DNA of 64,000 bases from Spirochaetia bacterium (GTDB lineage: Bacteria > Spirochaetota > Spirochaetia > SZUA-6 > Bin103): the NCBI GenBank assembly GCA_965203055.1, contig OZ241863.1, positions 2,784,001 through 2,848,000 on the forward strand. Reading direction: 5' to 3'. This document shows, piece after piece, positions 18,595 through 28,751 of the stretch. Position numbers and translations under genes: made by a program. The notes under the pieces are model-generated. The model was not told the DNA's origin, did no database searches, and worked only from the letters and a program-made list of their open reading frames with translations. Position 1 is the first letter of the stretch; every line of letters begins with the position of its first letter.

Positions 18595-21252
18595 ATGCCG
18601 AGATGGTTGACACACATGGCAACACAAGGCATCCTGTCGCCGAACCGCCGAACCGCCGAACCGCCGAACCGCCCGCCGAACCGCCGAACCGCCGAACCGC
18701 CGAACCGCCGAACCGCCGAACCGCCGAACCGCCGAACCGCCGAACCGCCGAACCGCCGAACCGCCGAACCGCCGAACCGCCGAACCGCCGAACCGCCGAA
18801 CCGCCGAACCGCCGAACCGCCGAACCGCCGAACCGCCGAACCGCCGAACCGCCGAACCGCCGAACCGCCGAACCGCCGAACCGCCGAACCGCCGAACCGC
18901 CGACGGCGGTTGCCGTGGCGTGACGCGCTCGTCGCGCTGACGGCCTTCGCGGCGCTGGGCGCCGCCCTCCTCGACGACTACGGCGTGGCGTGGGACGAGG
19001 CCGTGCAGCGCAGCACCGGCTTGGCGGTAATCGCCTACGCGCTGGGTGACGGCGCCCTGCCGACAGACGACGACCGATACTACGGAGCCGCGTTCGAAGC
19101 GCCGCTGATCCTGGTCGAGCGGCTGCTCGGCCTCACCGACAGCCGCGCCGTCTACCTCAGCCGCCATCTGCTGACCCACCTGTTCTTCCTCACCGGCGGC
19201 TTCTTCTGCTGGCTGCTCGCCTTCCGCCTGTTCCGCGACCGCCGGCTGGCGCTGTTCGCCCTGCTGCTGTTCCTGCTGCAGCCCCGCCTGTACGCCCACT
19301 CCTTCTTCAACACCAAGGACATCCCCTTCCTGGTCATGTTCATGATCGCGCTCTATCTGACGCAGCGCGCCTTCCGCCGCGACACCGCCGCGGCGTTCGC
19401 GCTCTGCGGGCTGGGCGTGGGCGTGCTGGTCAACCTGCGCGTCATGGGCCTGCTGCTGTGCGCCGCGGTGCCGGCGCTGCGGGCGCTCGACCTGCTGCAG
19501 GCGCACGGGCCGGCGGAGCGGAGGCGCGCGCTGGCGACCGCCGGGGCGTTCCTGCTGGCCGCGGCGGCGGCCCTGTACGCGGTCTCGCCCCATCTCTGGC
19601 GCAACCCGCTTGAGCTGATCGACGCGGTCGTCACGCTTCCGCGCCATCGGGCCTACCTTCCGACGCTGTTTCAGGGCGAGCTGGTGCGCTGGCCTGAGAT
19701 TCCTCCGCACTACCTGCCGACCTGGATGGCGATCACCACGCCGCCGGCGGCGCTGCTGCTGAGCGTGGCCGGGATGGTCACCGTGCTCGCACGCGGCCTG
19801 ACCCGCCCGCGCGAGGTCCTCCGCAACACCCCGGTCACGCGCTTCGGGGCGCTGCTGGCCGCCTGTCCGGCGCTGTCGGTCGCGGCCGTCATCGCGGTAA
19901 ACGCCAACCTCTACGACGGCTGGCGGCACATGTATTTTCTGGCCGCCCCACTGTGCCTGCTGGCGGTCTACGGCCTGCGCCGGCTGCTGGCCGCCGCGCG
20001 CCGGCCGTGGCTGCGGCGCGGCGTCTACGCGCTGGCCGCGGCGGGCGTGGCCGCGGCCGCGGCCGAGATGGCGCTGATCCACCCGCATCAGATGGTGTAC
20101 TTCAACTTCCTGGTCGACCGCCGCACCCCCGAATACCTGCGCACCCGCTACGAGATGGAGTACTGGGGGCCGGCCTACCGCGAGGGGCTGGAGTATCTCC
20201 TCCGCCGCGCTCCGCAGGCCACCATCCACATTGTTGCGGCGAAGAACTGGAGGCGCGCTCTGCACGTTCTCGCCGCAGCCGAGCGCCGTCGAATTGTCAT
20301 CACCGACCGCGTGCACGACCCGCCGGACCATCACTACGTCATCACCAACCACAACACCGTCACCAATCATACTCGCGGCTATGAGCGCCGCAGCTTCCCG
20401 GTCTCGCCCGCGCTATATGCGCGCCGCGTCTACCACAACACCATCCTCACGGTGACCGCCCTCGACCCGGCGCAGCTCGACGCTGCGACCGTTGCGGACT
20501 TCCGGGAAGCGTACCGCGCCGCACGGTCGCGGGAGCCGGTCGCGGCGGAATCGGACTTCGACCTGTATCTCGACGGCACCACGCTGACCTACGTCAAGGA
20601 TGCCTGCCCGGTGGAAGACCTGGAGAGGAAGTTGTTCCTGCACGTCTTCCCGGCGGACGCCGCCGACCTGCCCGCCCACCAGCGGGAGTCGGGATTCGAC
20701 AATCTGGACTTCTACCTCTGGGAGGGCGGCATGCGGCTCGACGGCGCCTGCGTGGCGGTCGTGGCACTGCCCGACTACGAGTTCACCCGCATCCGTACCG
20801 GGCAACTCGCTGCGCGGGGCCGGCCCCAACTGTGGAGCGTGGAGTTCGCGGCCGGACCGACCGCGCAGCGCTATCGGGAGGCGCGCGCCGCTATCCGCTC
20901 CGGCGCCTGGGGAGCGCCGGCCGCCCGCGGAGCCTTCGACCTCTATCTCGACGAAACGGTGCTGGCGTATCACAAGGATCGGTGCGTGGCGGAGGACCTG
21001 CGGGCGCGGTTCTTCCTGCACGTGATTCCGGCGGACGCCGGCGACCTCTCCCCGCAAGACCGGCCGCACGGCTTCGAGAACCGGGACTTCGACTACCGGG
21101 AACACGGGGCGCGGCTCGGCGCGGCGTGCGTGGCGCTGGCGCCGTTGCCGGAGTATGGGATCGCCCGCCTCCGCACCGGCCAGTTCATCAGCGGCCAAGG
21201 CCAGCTCTGGAGCGCGGAGCTTGCGGCGCCGGCCGCGGCGCAGGGGCCATGA
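18595..21252 (+). CDS. GT-C fold membrane glycosyltransferase with N-terminal SSR and two shared C-terminal domains
   Basis: DYGVAWDE, YYGAAFE, HSFFNTKDIPF, YDGWRH and YEMEYWG. Alternative starts at 18616 (ATG) and 18910 (TTG, after the repeat). Confidence 0.85.
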   Translation: MPRWLTHMATQGILSPNRRTAEPPNRPPNRRTAEPPNRRTAEPPNRRTAEPPNRRTAEPPNRRTAEPPNRRTAEPPNRRTAEPPNRRTAEPPNRRTAEPPNRRRRLPWRDALVALTAFAALGAALLDDYGVAWDEAVQRSTGLAVIAYALGDGALPTDDDRYYGAAFEAPLILVERLLGLTDSRAVYLSRHLLTHLFFLTGGFFCWLLAFRLFRDRRLALFALLLFLLQPRLYAHSFFNTKDIPFLVMFMIALYLTQRAFRRDTAAAFALCGLGVGVLVNLRVMGLLLCAAVPALRALDLLQAHGPAERRRALATAGAFLLAAAAALYAVSPHLWRNPLELIDAVVTLPRHRAYLPTLFQGELVRWPEIPPHYLPTWMAITTPPAALLLSVAGMVTVLARGLTRPREVLRNTPVTRFGALLAACPALSVAAVIAVNANLYDGWRHMYFLAAPLCLLAVYGLRRLLAAARRPWLRRGVYALAAAGVAAAAAEMALIHPHQMVYFNFLVDRRTPEYLRTRYEMEYWGPAYREGLEYLLRRAPQATIHIVAAKNWRRALHVLAAAERRRIVITDRVHDPPDHHYVITNHNTVTNHTRGYERRSFPVSPALYARRVYHNTILTVTALDPAQLDAATVADFREAYRAARSREPVAAESDFDLYLDGTTLTYVKDACPVEDLERKLFLHVFPADAADLPAHQRESGFDNLDFYLWEGGMRLDGACVAVVALPDYEFTRIRTGQLAARGRPQLWSVEFAAGPTAQRYREARAAIRSGAWGAPAARGAFDLYLDETVLAYHKDRCVAEDLRARFFLHVIPADAGDLSPQDRPHGFENRDFDYREHGARLGAACVALAPLPEYGIARLRTGQFISGQGQLWSAELAAPAAAQGP
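18637..18903 (+). repeat. Octanucleotide SSR (CCGCCGAA), 31 perfect units plus partial units, one 4-nt interruption at 18669-18672
   Basis: Direct count. Confidence 0.95.
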
Positions 21253-21310
21253 AAGCCGGGCGGATGAGCGGATGATAGCCGCGCGGCGTTCAGTCTATCA
21301 TGGCCGGGCC

Positions 21311-22885
21311 GTGACCGCGCCGCACCAAGACGCGCCCATGATGAGGAGGAAGCTGCCGACCGGCATCCAGACCTTCCGCAAGCTCCGCAAGGATGACTGC
21401 TACTACGTCGACAAGACCGCCTTCATCCTCAGCCTGGTACGGGGAGGCACGCACTACTTCCTGTCGCGCCCGCGCCGCTTCGGCAAGAGCCTGCTGGTCG
21501 ACACCATCAAGGAACTGTTCGAGGGCAGCGAGGAGCTGTTCCGCGGCCTGCACGTGCACGACCACTGGGAGTGGTCGAAACGCCGCCCGGTGGTGCGCCT
21601 CGACTTCGGCGGCGGCGACTACGCGGCGCCGGACGGCCTGCAAGAAGACCTGGCCGACCGGTTGACGGCGCTCGAAACGGCCGCCGGCGCGAGTGCGCGC
21701 AACGACTCCGCGCCGATTCGCTTCCGGCGCCTGCTGGAGGAGTTGCACCGGAGCGCCGGCAGGCGGGTAGCGGTGCTGATCGACGAGTACGACAAGCCGA
21801 TCCTGGACGCGCTGGGGACGCCGGCGATCGCGGCCGCCAACCGCCGCCTGCTGCGCAGCCTGTACTCGAACGTGAAGTTCGCCGACGCGCACATCCACTT
21901 CACGCTGCTCACCGGAGTGAGCAAGTTCTCCAAGGTCAGCGTCTTCTCCGGCCTCAACAACCTGATCGACCTCACCCTGGAACCGAAATTCTCGGCGATC
22001 TGCGGCTATACCGAGGCCGACCTCGACACGGTGTTCGCGGCGGAGTTGCCGGGCCTGGACCGGGAGGAGATCCGCGATTGGTACAACGGCTACAACTGGC
22101 GCGGTGACGATCGGGTCTACAACCCGTTCGACATTCTGCTGCTGTTCGACCGCCGGGAATTCGCCGCCCATTGGTTCGAGACCGGTACGCCGTCGTTTCT
22201 GATCGACATCCTGATCAAGCGCGGCGTCGCATCGCCCGAGCTGGACGGCATGTTGGCCGGCGGCGAGCTGCTGTCCGCGTTCGACGTGGAGGAGATGGAG
22301 CCTGAGGCGCTGCTGTTCCAGACCGGCTATCTGACCATCCGCAGCGTCGAGCACTCGGCGCGCGGACCGCGCTACCGGCTCGGCTACCCCAACCGCGAAG
22401 TGCGGCTCGCTCTGAACGAACGCCTGCTGCGGGCGCTGGCGCCCGCAGCAGCGCGCCGGCTGGCGCAGGACACGGCGTTGGAGCGGCTGCTGGCGGCGAA
22501 CGACTTCGCCGGGTTGGAGCGGCTGTTCCGGGCGTTCTTCGCCGGCATCCCGTACGAGTGGCACACGCGCAACGACATCGCGCGCTACGAGGGCTACTAC
22601 GCGAGTGTCTGCTACTCCTGGTTCGCGGCCGTGGGGCTGGACGTCACGGTGGAAGATTCGAGCAGCCGCGGGCGGGTCGATCTGGCGATGCGGTACCGAG
22701 GCAACGTCTATCTGTTCGAGTTCAAGGTGGTGGAGCTGGAGCCCGACGGGGCGGCGCTGGCGCAGTTGCGGGCGCGCGGCTACGCGGAGAAGTACCGCGG
22801 CCTGGGCGAACCGATCCACCTGATCGGCGTGGAGTTCAGCCGCACGACGCGCACCCTCGCCGCCTTTGAGGTGGCCCGCGCCTGA
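21311..22885 (+). CDS. AAA-ATPase/PD-(D/E)XK copy 3
   Basis: Same motifs as copy 1. Intact. GTG start MTAPH as in copy 1. Confidence 0.9.
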   Translation: MTAPHQDAPMMRRKLPTGIQTFRKLRKDDCYYVDKTAFILSLVRGGTHYFLSRPRRFGKSLLVDTIKELFEGSEELFRGLHVHDHWEWSKRRPVVRLDFGGGDYAAPDGLQEDLADRLTALETAAGASARNDSAPIRFRRLLEELHRSAGRRVAVLIDEYDKPILDALGTPAIAAANRRLLRSLYSNVKFADAHIHFTLLTGVSKFSKVSVFSGLNNLIDLTLEPKFSAICGYTEADLDTVFAAELPGLDREEIRDWYNGYNWRGDDRVYNPFDILLLFDRREFAAHWFETGTPSFLIDILIKRGVASPELDGMLAGGELLSAFDVEEMEPEALLFQTGYLTIRSVEHSARGPRYRLGYPNREVRLALNERLLRALAPAAARRLAQDTALERLLAANDFAGLERLFRAFFAGIPYEWHTRNDIARYEGYYASVCYSWFAAVGLDVTVEDSSSRGRVDLAMRYRGNVYLFEFKVVELEPDGAALAQLRARGYAEKYRGLGEPIHLIGVEFSRTTRTLAAFEVARA

Positions 22886-23100
22886 CGCCCCGCCCCCGCG
22901 CCGACATGCCGATCGCCGGCCTCCGTACCGGCCAGTTCGTCAGCGGGCAGGGCCAGATCTGGAGCGCGGAGATTGCGGCGCCGGCCGCGGCGCAGGGGCC
23001 GTGAGGCCGGCGGATGATAGCGGCGCGCCGTTCGGCTATGATGGCCGGACCGTGACCGCGCCGCACCCAGACGCGCCATGACGCGCAGGAAGCCAGGAAG

Positions 23101-24623
23101 GGGCGCACTTCCAAAACGTAGGTAGCGTCAGGCGGCCTGTGGCTGGGCCTCCTGCGGCACCGAGGCGGACAGCAGGCTCGCGTAGTCCCTTTTGAACCGC
23201 CCGCTCTTCACCGAGGTGCAGAGCTGCAGCATCCCCTGCGCCCCTCCCAACGACCAGATCATCCCGCTCCCCTTCAGCCGCGCCCCCACCATGTTCTTGC
23301 ACGTACTCTCCACCGCCCCACTGCCGATCGGCAGCCCCTCCCGCCGGTACCGCCGGTAGTCCATCCGTCCCTGGTTGCTCTTCAAGTAGTTGATCTCCCC
23401 CTGCACCTCGTGCCGCTGCCGGGCACTCAACCCCCCGCCGTCGCGCAACTCCTCCAGCTCCTCTATCACTTCCCCCGCCCGACTGCCGCGCAGCATCGTC
23501 CGCCACCTCCGAAAGCATTCCTCTGCCTGCTTGCTCCTCTCCCCGTAGACGCTCCGACTCGCCTCCGCGAGATGCTCGCAGGCGTGCCAGAAATCCAGGA
23601 TGTACCACACCCGCAGCCCCCCTGCCGCCCAGGTCTCCGCCCGATCCCAAATCCATCCCGCCCCGTCGGCCAGCACTACCAGTTGCCGCGCCGCCCCCTC
23701 GCCGCAGCGCCGTTTCAGCTCCACTTCGATGCGCGGGAAGAACTGGTCGGCATGCTCGCTCGCCGCCACGTAGCTCGGCTTGCTGCTGCACTGCGCCTCC
23801 TGCTCCTCAGCGTCCCACTCCACCGCCGCCACCACCGCCACCTTGGCGTCCCGGTACTCCCGCTCGTAGCGCTTCTTCCCGGCATCATCTACCCGCTCCT
23901 TGCCGCGCACCGGCACCTTCCCCGCGTCGATGCATACCGCCACCGTCCCGCCAATCGGCTCGTGCAGCTCCGGCCCCGCCGCAGTCTGCTGGTAGTTGTC
24001 CACCTCCTGCTGGCGCTGCCGTTCCAACCCCTCCGTTACCTCCTGCACCATCGTGAACGCCTTCTTCTCCGACACCAGCTCCCCGCCGTCGGCGCGGAAC
24101 ACCTCGTGAAACTGCCGCAGACTCTCTGCGTGCGCCTGGCGCGCTACGAACTGACTCAGAAAGTACTGGCAGCCCGGCGTATGGCCGCGCTTGATGCCGA
24201 GCCGCTCATCCAACGGCGCCCAGCCCTGGCCGCTACCGCTGGCGTAGTAGGCCCGTTCGTAGGGTACCGTCCCGAACAGTCCGTGCAGGGTCTTGGAGCG
24301 GTGGCCGACAAACCGATACGACACCCCGTTGCGCTGGACCGTGGCGCCGCGGTAATCGCGGCCCAGTTCCTTGAACCACTCCACCATGGCGGCGCGGCAC
24401 AGGCGCACCAAGCACTTGAGGAGACTCAGTTCTGCCCGCAACAGGTCGTGGGGACCGCTAGCGCGGCCCAGTTCGAGACCACAGGTGGCCTTGCAGTAGT
24501 TGAGAATCTCGGTTACCAATGAATCACACATATGTTGCCCTCCCAGTGACGGCCTGATGTTACATCACCTGTCGCTGGGAGGGCTTCTCTATTTGGGCCT
24601 ACCTACAAATTGGAAGTGCGCCC
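23101..24623. mobile_element. ISKra4-family insertion sequence
   Basis: Terminal inverted repeats GGGCGCACTTCCAA / TTGGAAGTGCGCCC. Flanking (g/c)CAGGAAG duplication of the target gene sequence. Confidence 0.9.
23128..24531 (-). CDS. ISKra4-family DDE transposase
   Basis: CIDAG, VLADGAGWIW, ILDFWHACEHL and RMDY..YR..GLPIGSGAVESTCK. Confidence 0.9.
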   Translation of the reverse strand: MCDSLVTEILNYCKATCGLELGRASGPHDLLRAELSLLKCLVRLCRAAMVEWFKELGRDYRGATVQRNGVSYRFVGHRSKTLHGLFGTVPYERAYYASGSGQGWAPLDERLGIKRGHTPGCQYFLSQFVARQAHAESLRQFHEVFRADGGELVSEKKAFTMVQEVTEGLERQRQQEVDNYQQTAAGPELHEPIGGTVAVCIDAGKVPVRGKERVDDAGKKRYEREYRDAKVAVVAAVEWDAEEQEAQCSSKPSYVAASEHADQFFPRIEVELKRRCGEGAARQLVVLADGAGWIWDRAETWAAGGLRVWYILDFWHACEHLAEASRSVYGERSKQAEECFRRWRTMLRGSRAGEVIEELEELRDGGGLSARQRHEVQGEINYLKSNQGRMDYRRYRREGLPIGSGAVESTCKNMVGARLKGSGMIWSLGGAQGMLQLCTSVKSGRFKRDYASLLSASVPQEAQPQAA

Positions 24624-26729
24624 GGCAGGAAGCTGCCGATCGGCATCCAGACCTTCCGCAGGCTTCGCGAGGACGACTGCTACTACGTCGACAAGACCGC
24701 CTTCATCCTCCGCTTGACGCGCGCCGGCACCCACTACTTCCTGTCGCGCCCGCGCCGCTTCGGCAAGAGCCTGCTGCTCGACACCATCAAGGAACTGTTC
24801 GAGGGCAGCGAGGAACTGTTCCGCGGCCTGTACGTGCACGACCACTGGGAGTGGTCCAAGCGCCGCCCGGTGGTGCGCCTCGACTTCGGCGCCGGCGACT
24901 ACCGCGACCCGGCCCTGCTGGAAGCCAGCGTCATGGAGCAGCTCGCTGCCATCGAGCGGCGCGCCGGTATCACCCCCGAGTACCGCACGGCCCCGGGTCG
25001 GCTGGCCTACCTGCTGGAAGCGCTGCACGCGCAGTCCGGGCAGCGGGCGGCGGTGCTGGTCGACGAGTACGACAAGCCGATCCTGGACGTGCTGGAACAC
25101 AAGGAGACGGCGCGCGCCAACCGCCACTACCTGCGCGGGCTGTACGCGACCATCAAGACCTGCGACGCGTACATCGAGTTCACGCTGCTGACCGGGGTGA
25201 GCAAGTTCTCCAAGGTCAGCGTCTTCTCCGGCCTCAACAATCTCAAGGACATCACCCTGTCGCCGCGCTACTCGGCGATCTGCGGCTACACCGAGGCCGA
25301 CCTGGACACGGTGTTCGCGCCGGAGTTGGCCGGGCTGGACCGCAACCGGATCCGCGATTGGTACAACGGCTATAACTGGCTGGGCGAGGAGCGGGTCTAC
25401 AACCCGTTCGACATTCTGCTGCTGTTCGACGAGCGGACGTTCGCGGCGCACTGGTTCGAGACCGGCACGCCGGCGTTTCTTATCGACACGCTGATCGAAC
25501 GCGGGGTCGCGGCCCCGGCGCTGGACGGGATGCTGGCCGGCGGCGATCTGCTGTCCGCGTTCGACGTGGAAGAGATGGAGCCGGCGGCGCTGCTGTTCCA
25601 GACCGGCTACCTGACGATCCGGGACGTCGAAGATGACGACGGCGAGCCTCTACCGGCTCGGCTATCCCAACCGCGAGGTGCGGCAGAGCCTGAACCGTCA
25701 CCTGCTGCGCGCGCTCGGCGCGGCGGGTCAGGCCGCAGACCGCGGCCGCCTGCGCCGGCTGCTGGCGGCGCGCGACTTCGCGGGGTTGGAGGCGCTGTTC
25801 CGGGCGTTCTTCGCCGGCATCCCGTACGAGTGGCACACGCGCAACGACATCGCGCGCTACGAGGGCTACTACGCGACCGTGTTCTACGCCTGGTTCGCGG
25901 CGGCGGGACTGGAGCCGGCGGCCGAAGAGTCGAGCAGCCGCGGGCGGGTCGATCTGGCGGTGCGGTACCGGGGCAACGTCTATCTGTTCGAGTTCAAGGT
26001 GGTGGAGCTGGAGCCGGAGGGCGCCGCGCTGGCGCAGTTGCGGGCGCGCGGCTACGCCGACAAGTACCGAGCTTCCGGGGAGCCGATCCACCTGATCGGC
26101 GTGGAGTTCAGCCGCGAGGCGCGCACCATCGCCGCCTTCGAGGTGGCCCGCGCCTGACGCCCCGCCCCGGCGCCGGCGTGCCGTTCGACAGGCCCTGCGG
26201 GCGGTCGCGCAGGGCCAGATCCGAAGCGGGGAGCCGGCGGTGCCGGCCGCGGCGCCGCGGCCGGCGAATCCTTCCTCGTCTCCGGTCCCGAGCACCGGCG
26301 TGGTTCGACTTGAGCCGCCACGCCGGCAGCCGCGAGTCTGCCACGGAGATACCGGATAAGCCTATTTTGTAGGACCGTGCGTTGACGAGCCGCCTGCGAC
26401 CGGGGAACGCTGTGGGAAGGCACGTGTCTGGCGGCCGTGACGCGACCGCGGAGATTGCGGTGCCGGCCCGCGCGGAGCCGAACGGGTGTTGGATCCCACA
26501 TTAAGTCGTTGGAAAGGCAAGCTATCTGCTCAGATTGATCCGTTGACGGATCGCCTGGGATAGGGGACGAATGCGGTCAGGATTAGCTGGCCGCAGGGCC
26601 GAGAGTCGGAGGGGCGGTGGGGGCGCCACGCCGGGTGCCTTGAGGTCCGTGGGTCGGGTATCCTTGGCCGAGACCCACCCGTAAAGAGAAAGAGGCCCGC
26701 GCGGGAAGCACCCCGCCGGGCCGTGACCG

Positions 26730-27356
26730 GTGCAACTTCGCTACCAAACGGGCCTCACCGGTGAGCAATACGTTAGCACCGCAGCGTGGCGCGACGCAAG
26801 GCTCGACCGGTGCCCCCTTCATCCCCGCCGCGGCAGCTGCTCGCTGGCGCGCCACGGCACCTACCGGCGCAAGAAGCCGGCCGGCGCGCTGATCGCCCGC
26901 TGGTACTGTCCGCAGAGTCACACCACCTTCAGCCTGCTGCCCGACTGCCTGGCGGCGCGGCTGCCCGGAACGCTCCAGGAGCTGGAAGCGGTGGTCGCGC
27001 ACGCCGAGCAGGCGGCGAGTCTGATGCAGGCCGCCGACCAGGTGCGCGGCGACGGCATCGAACTGCCCGGCGCCATGCGCTGGCTGCGCCGCCGCGTGCG
27101 CCTGGTCCGGCAGGTGCTGCGGGTGGTGATCGGCTTGCTGCCGCAGCATCTCGCCGGCTGCCGCCCCGAACTGACCGCCTGCCGCCCGCGGCTCGCCAGC
27201 AACGCGGCGCTGGTAGCGCTGCGCTCGCTGGCCGCCCCGTGGCTGCCGGCGCTGCCGGCGCCGCTCGGATTCCGCCCCCAGCGCAGCGCTGCCGACCATC
27301 CCAATTGCGCCGCCCAACACCATCCGGGGCCTGTTCCTCGGGCTCCGCCGCCGTAG
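26730..27356 (+). CDS. Transposon accessory protein with Cys/His zinc-finger-like N-terminus
   Basis: CPLH...C..ARHGTY.R...RWYC....TFSLLPDCL. First gene of the element. Confidence 0.7.
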   Translation: MQLRYQTGLTGEQYVSTAAWRDARLDRCPLHPRRGSCSLARHGTYRRKKPAGALIARWYCPQSHTTFSLLPDCLAARLPGTLQELEAVVAHAEQAASLMQAADQVRGDGIELPGAMRWLRRRVRLVRQVLRVVIGLLPQHLAGCRPELTACRPRLASNAALVALRSLAAPWLPALPAPLGFRPQRSAADHPNCAAQHHPGPVPRAPPP

Positions 27357-27407
27357 CTTGTGCCCCATCACCGGGTCACCTGACCCGTACCTCAAGGAGA
27401 CCGACCC

Positions 27408-28751
27408 ATGCCTGATGCCGATCCCGACCTGCGCCACGAGATAGCGCTGTTCCGCTACGGCCTGATCTTCGAAGTGGCCCAACTGCCGCTCGGCTCTCCC
27501 GGCATCGGCGCGCAGTTGCGCGCCAAGGCCGAGCAGAACCACTCCATCCCCGGCTCGCACCGTACCCGCGTGGCCGCAGAGACCCTGCGCGATTGGCTGC
27601 ACCGCTATCGCCTTGGCGGCTTCGATGCCCTGTACCCCAAGCCGCGCGCCGACCGCGGCCTGCCGCGGCGGCTGCCGCCCGAAGCCGCCGAGTTGCTGCT
27701 GGCGATCAAGACCGAGCATCCCGCCTGGTCAGTGCGCCAGGTCATCAAGCACGCCACCGCCAGCGGCCAGCTCCCCGCCGGCGTGCGGCTCGCGCGCTCC
27801 ACCGTGCACCGCCTGCTGCACGCCGAGGGGCTGATGCACCCGCCCGGCGCCGCCGCAGACGCCGCCGACCGCCGCCGCTTCAGCTTCCGCTACGCCGGCC
27901 AGTTGTGGATGAGCGACGTCATGCACGGCCCCTCCGTCGCCGACGGACGCCGCCGCCGCAAGAGCTACCTCATCGCCTTTCTCGACGACGCCACCCGCCT
28001 GTGTCCCTTCGCCGCCTTCGCCCATGGCGAGAACACCGCCTCCTTCCTGCCGGTGTTCAAGCAGGCGCTGATCCGCCGCGGCCTGCCGCAACGCCTGTAC
28101 GTCGACAACGGCGCCAACTATCGCTCCCAACAACTGGCCCTGGTCTGCGCCAAGCTCGGCATCGCCCTGCTCCACGCACGCCCCTATCAGCCGCAGGGCA
28201 AAGGCAAGATCGAACGCTTCTTCCGCACCCTGCGCGCCCAGTTGCTTGCCTCCCTCGCTCCGCCCGACACCGCCACTCTCGAGACTCTCAACCGCCGCCT
28301 GTGGGCCTACCTTGAAGGCGAATACCACCACTCCCCCCATCGCGGCCTGGACGGCAACACCCCCCTCGAACAGTGGGCGCTGAGCGCCGCTGAGGTCCGC
28401 TACCCCGAAACCGCCCTCGACCTGGATGATCTGTTCCTGTTCGAGGCCAAGCGCCGCGTCATGAACGACCGCACCGTCAGCCTCCATGGCCGCGTCTACG
28501 AAGTCGATCCGCTGCTGGTCGGCCGCACCGTCACCTTGCGCTACGATCCCGCCGCGCCGCCCAGCCGACCGCTGCAGGTGCTCCACGCCGGCGCCGCCGC
28601 CGGGCACGCCACCATCCTCAACGCCTACGCCAACGCCTTCGTCAAGCGCGCCCGCCCCTCCCGCCACCTCGAACCCGACGCTCCCGCGCCCCGGCCGCCG
28701 CCCTCGCCGCTGGCCCTGCGCCACCTCCACCGCAACCAGGAGAACGACTGA
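27408..28751 (+). CDS. DDE integrase/transposase with HTH and Mu-transposase-like C-terminus
   Basis: LWMSDVMHG, AFLDDATR, LYVDNG, GKGKIERFFRT and YHHSPH. Confidence 0.9.
   Translation: MPDADPDLRHEIALFRYGLIFEVAQLPLGSPGIGAQLRAKAEQNHSIPGSHRTRVAAETLRDWLHRYRLGGFDALYPKPRADRGLPRRLPPEAAELLLAIKTEHPAWSVRQVIKHATASGQLPAGVRLARSTVHRLLHAEGLMHPPGAAADAADRRRFSFRYAGQLWMSDVMHGPSVADGRRRRKSYLIAFLDDATRLCPFAAFAHGENTASFLPVFKQALIRRGLPQRLYVDNGANYRSQQLALVCAKLGIALLHARPYQPQGKGKIERFFRTLRAQLLASLAPPDTATLETLNRRLWAYLEGEYHHSPHRGLDGNTPLEQWALSAAEVRYPETALDLDDLFLFEAKRRVMNDRTVSLHGRVYEVDPLLVGRTVTLRYDPAAPPSRPLQVLHAGAAAGHATILNAYANAFVKRARPSRHLEPDAPAPRPPPSPLALRHLHRNQEND

Larger units (their letters stand above)
23052..26157 (+). pseudogene. 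AAA-ATPase/PD-(D/E)XK copy 4, interrupted by an IS and frameshifted near 25648
   Basis: MTRRK at 23078 resumes as RKLPIGIQTF after 24624. 2-nt deletion relative to copy 2. Confidence 0.85.

Noticed and set aside
18637..18903. CRISPR array (also 9544-9626)
   Set aside because: Pure tandem 7-8 nt repeats with no spacers, and no cas genes.
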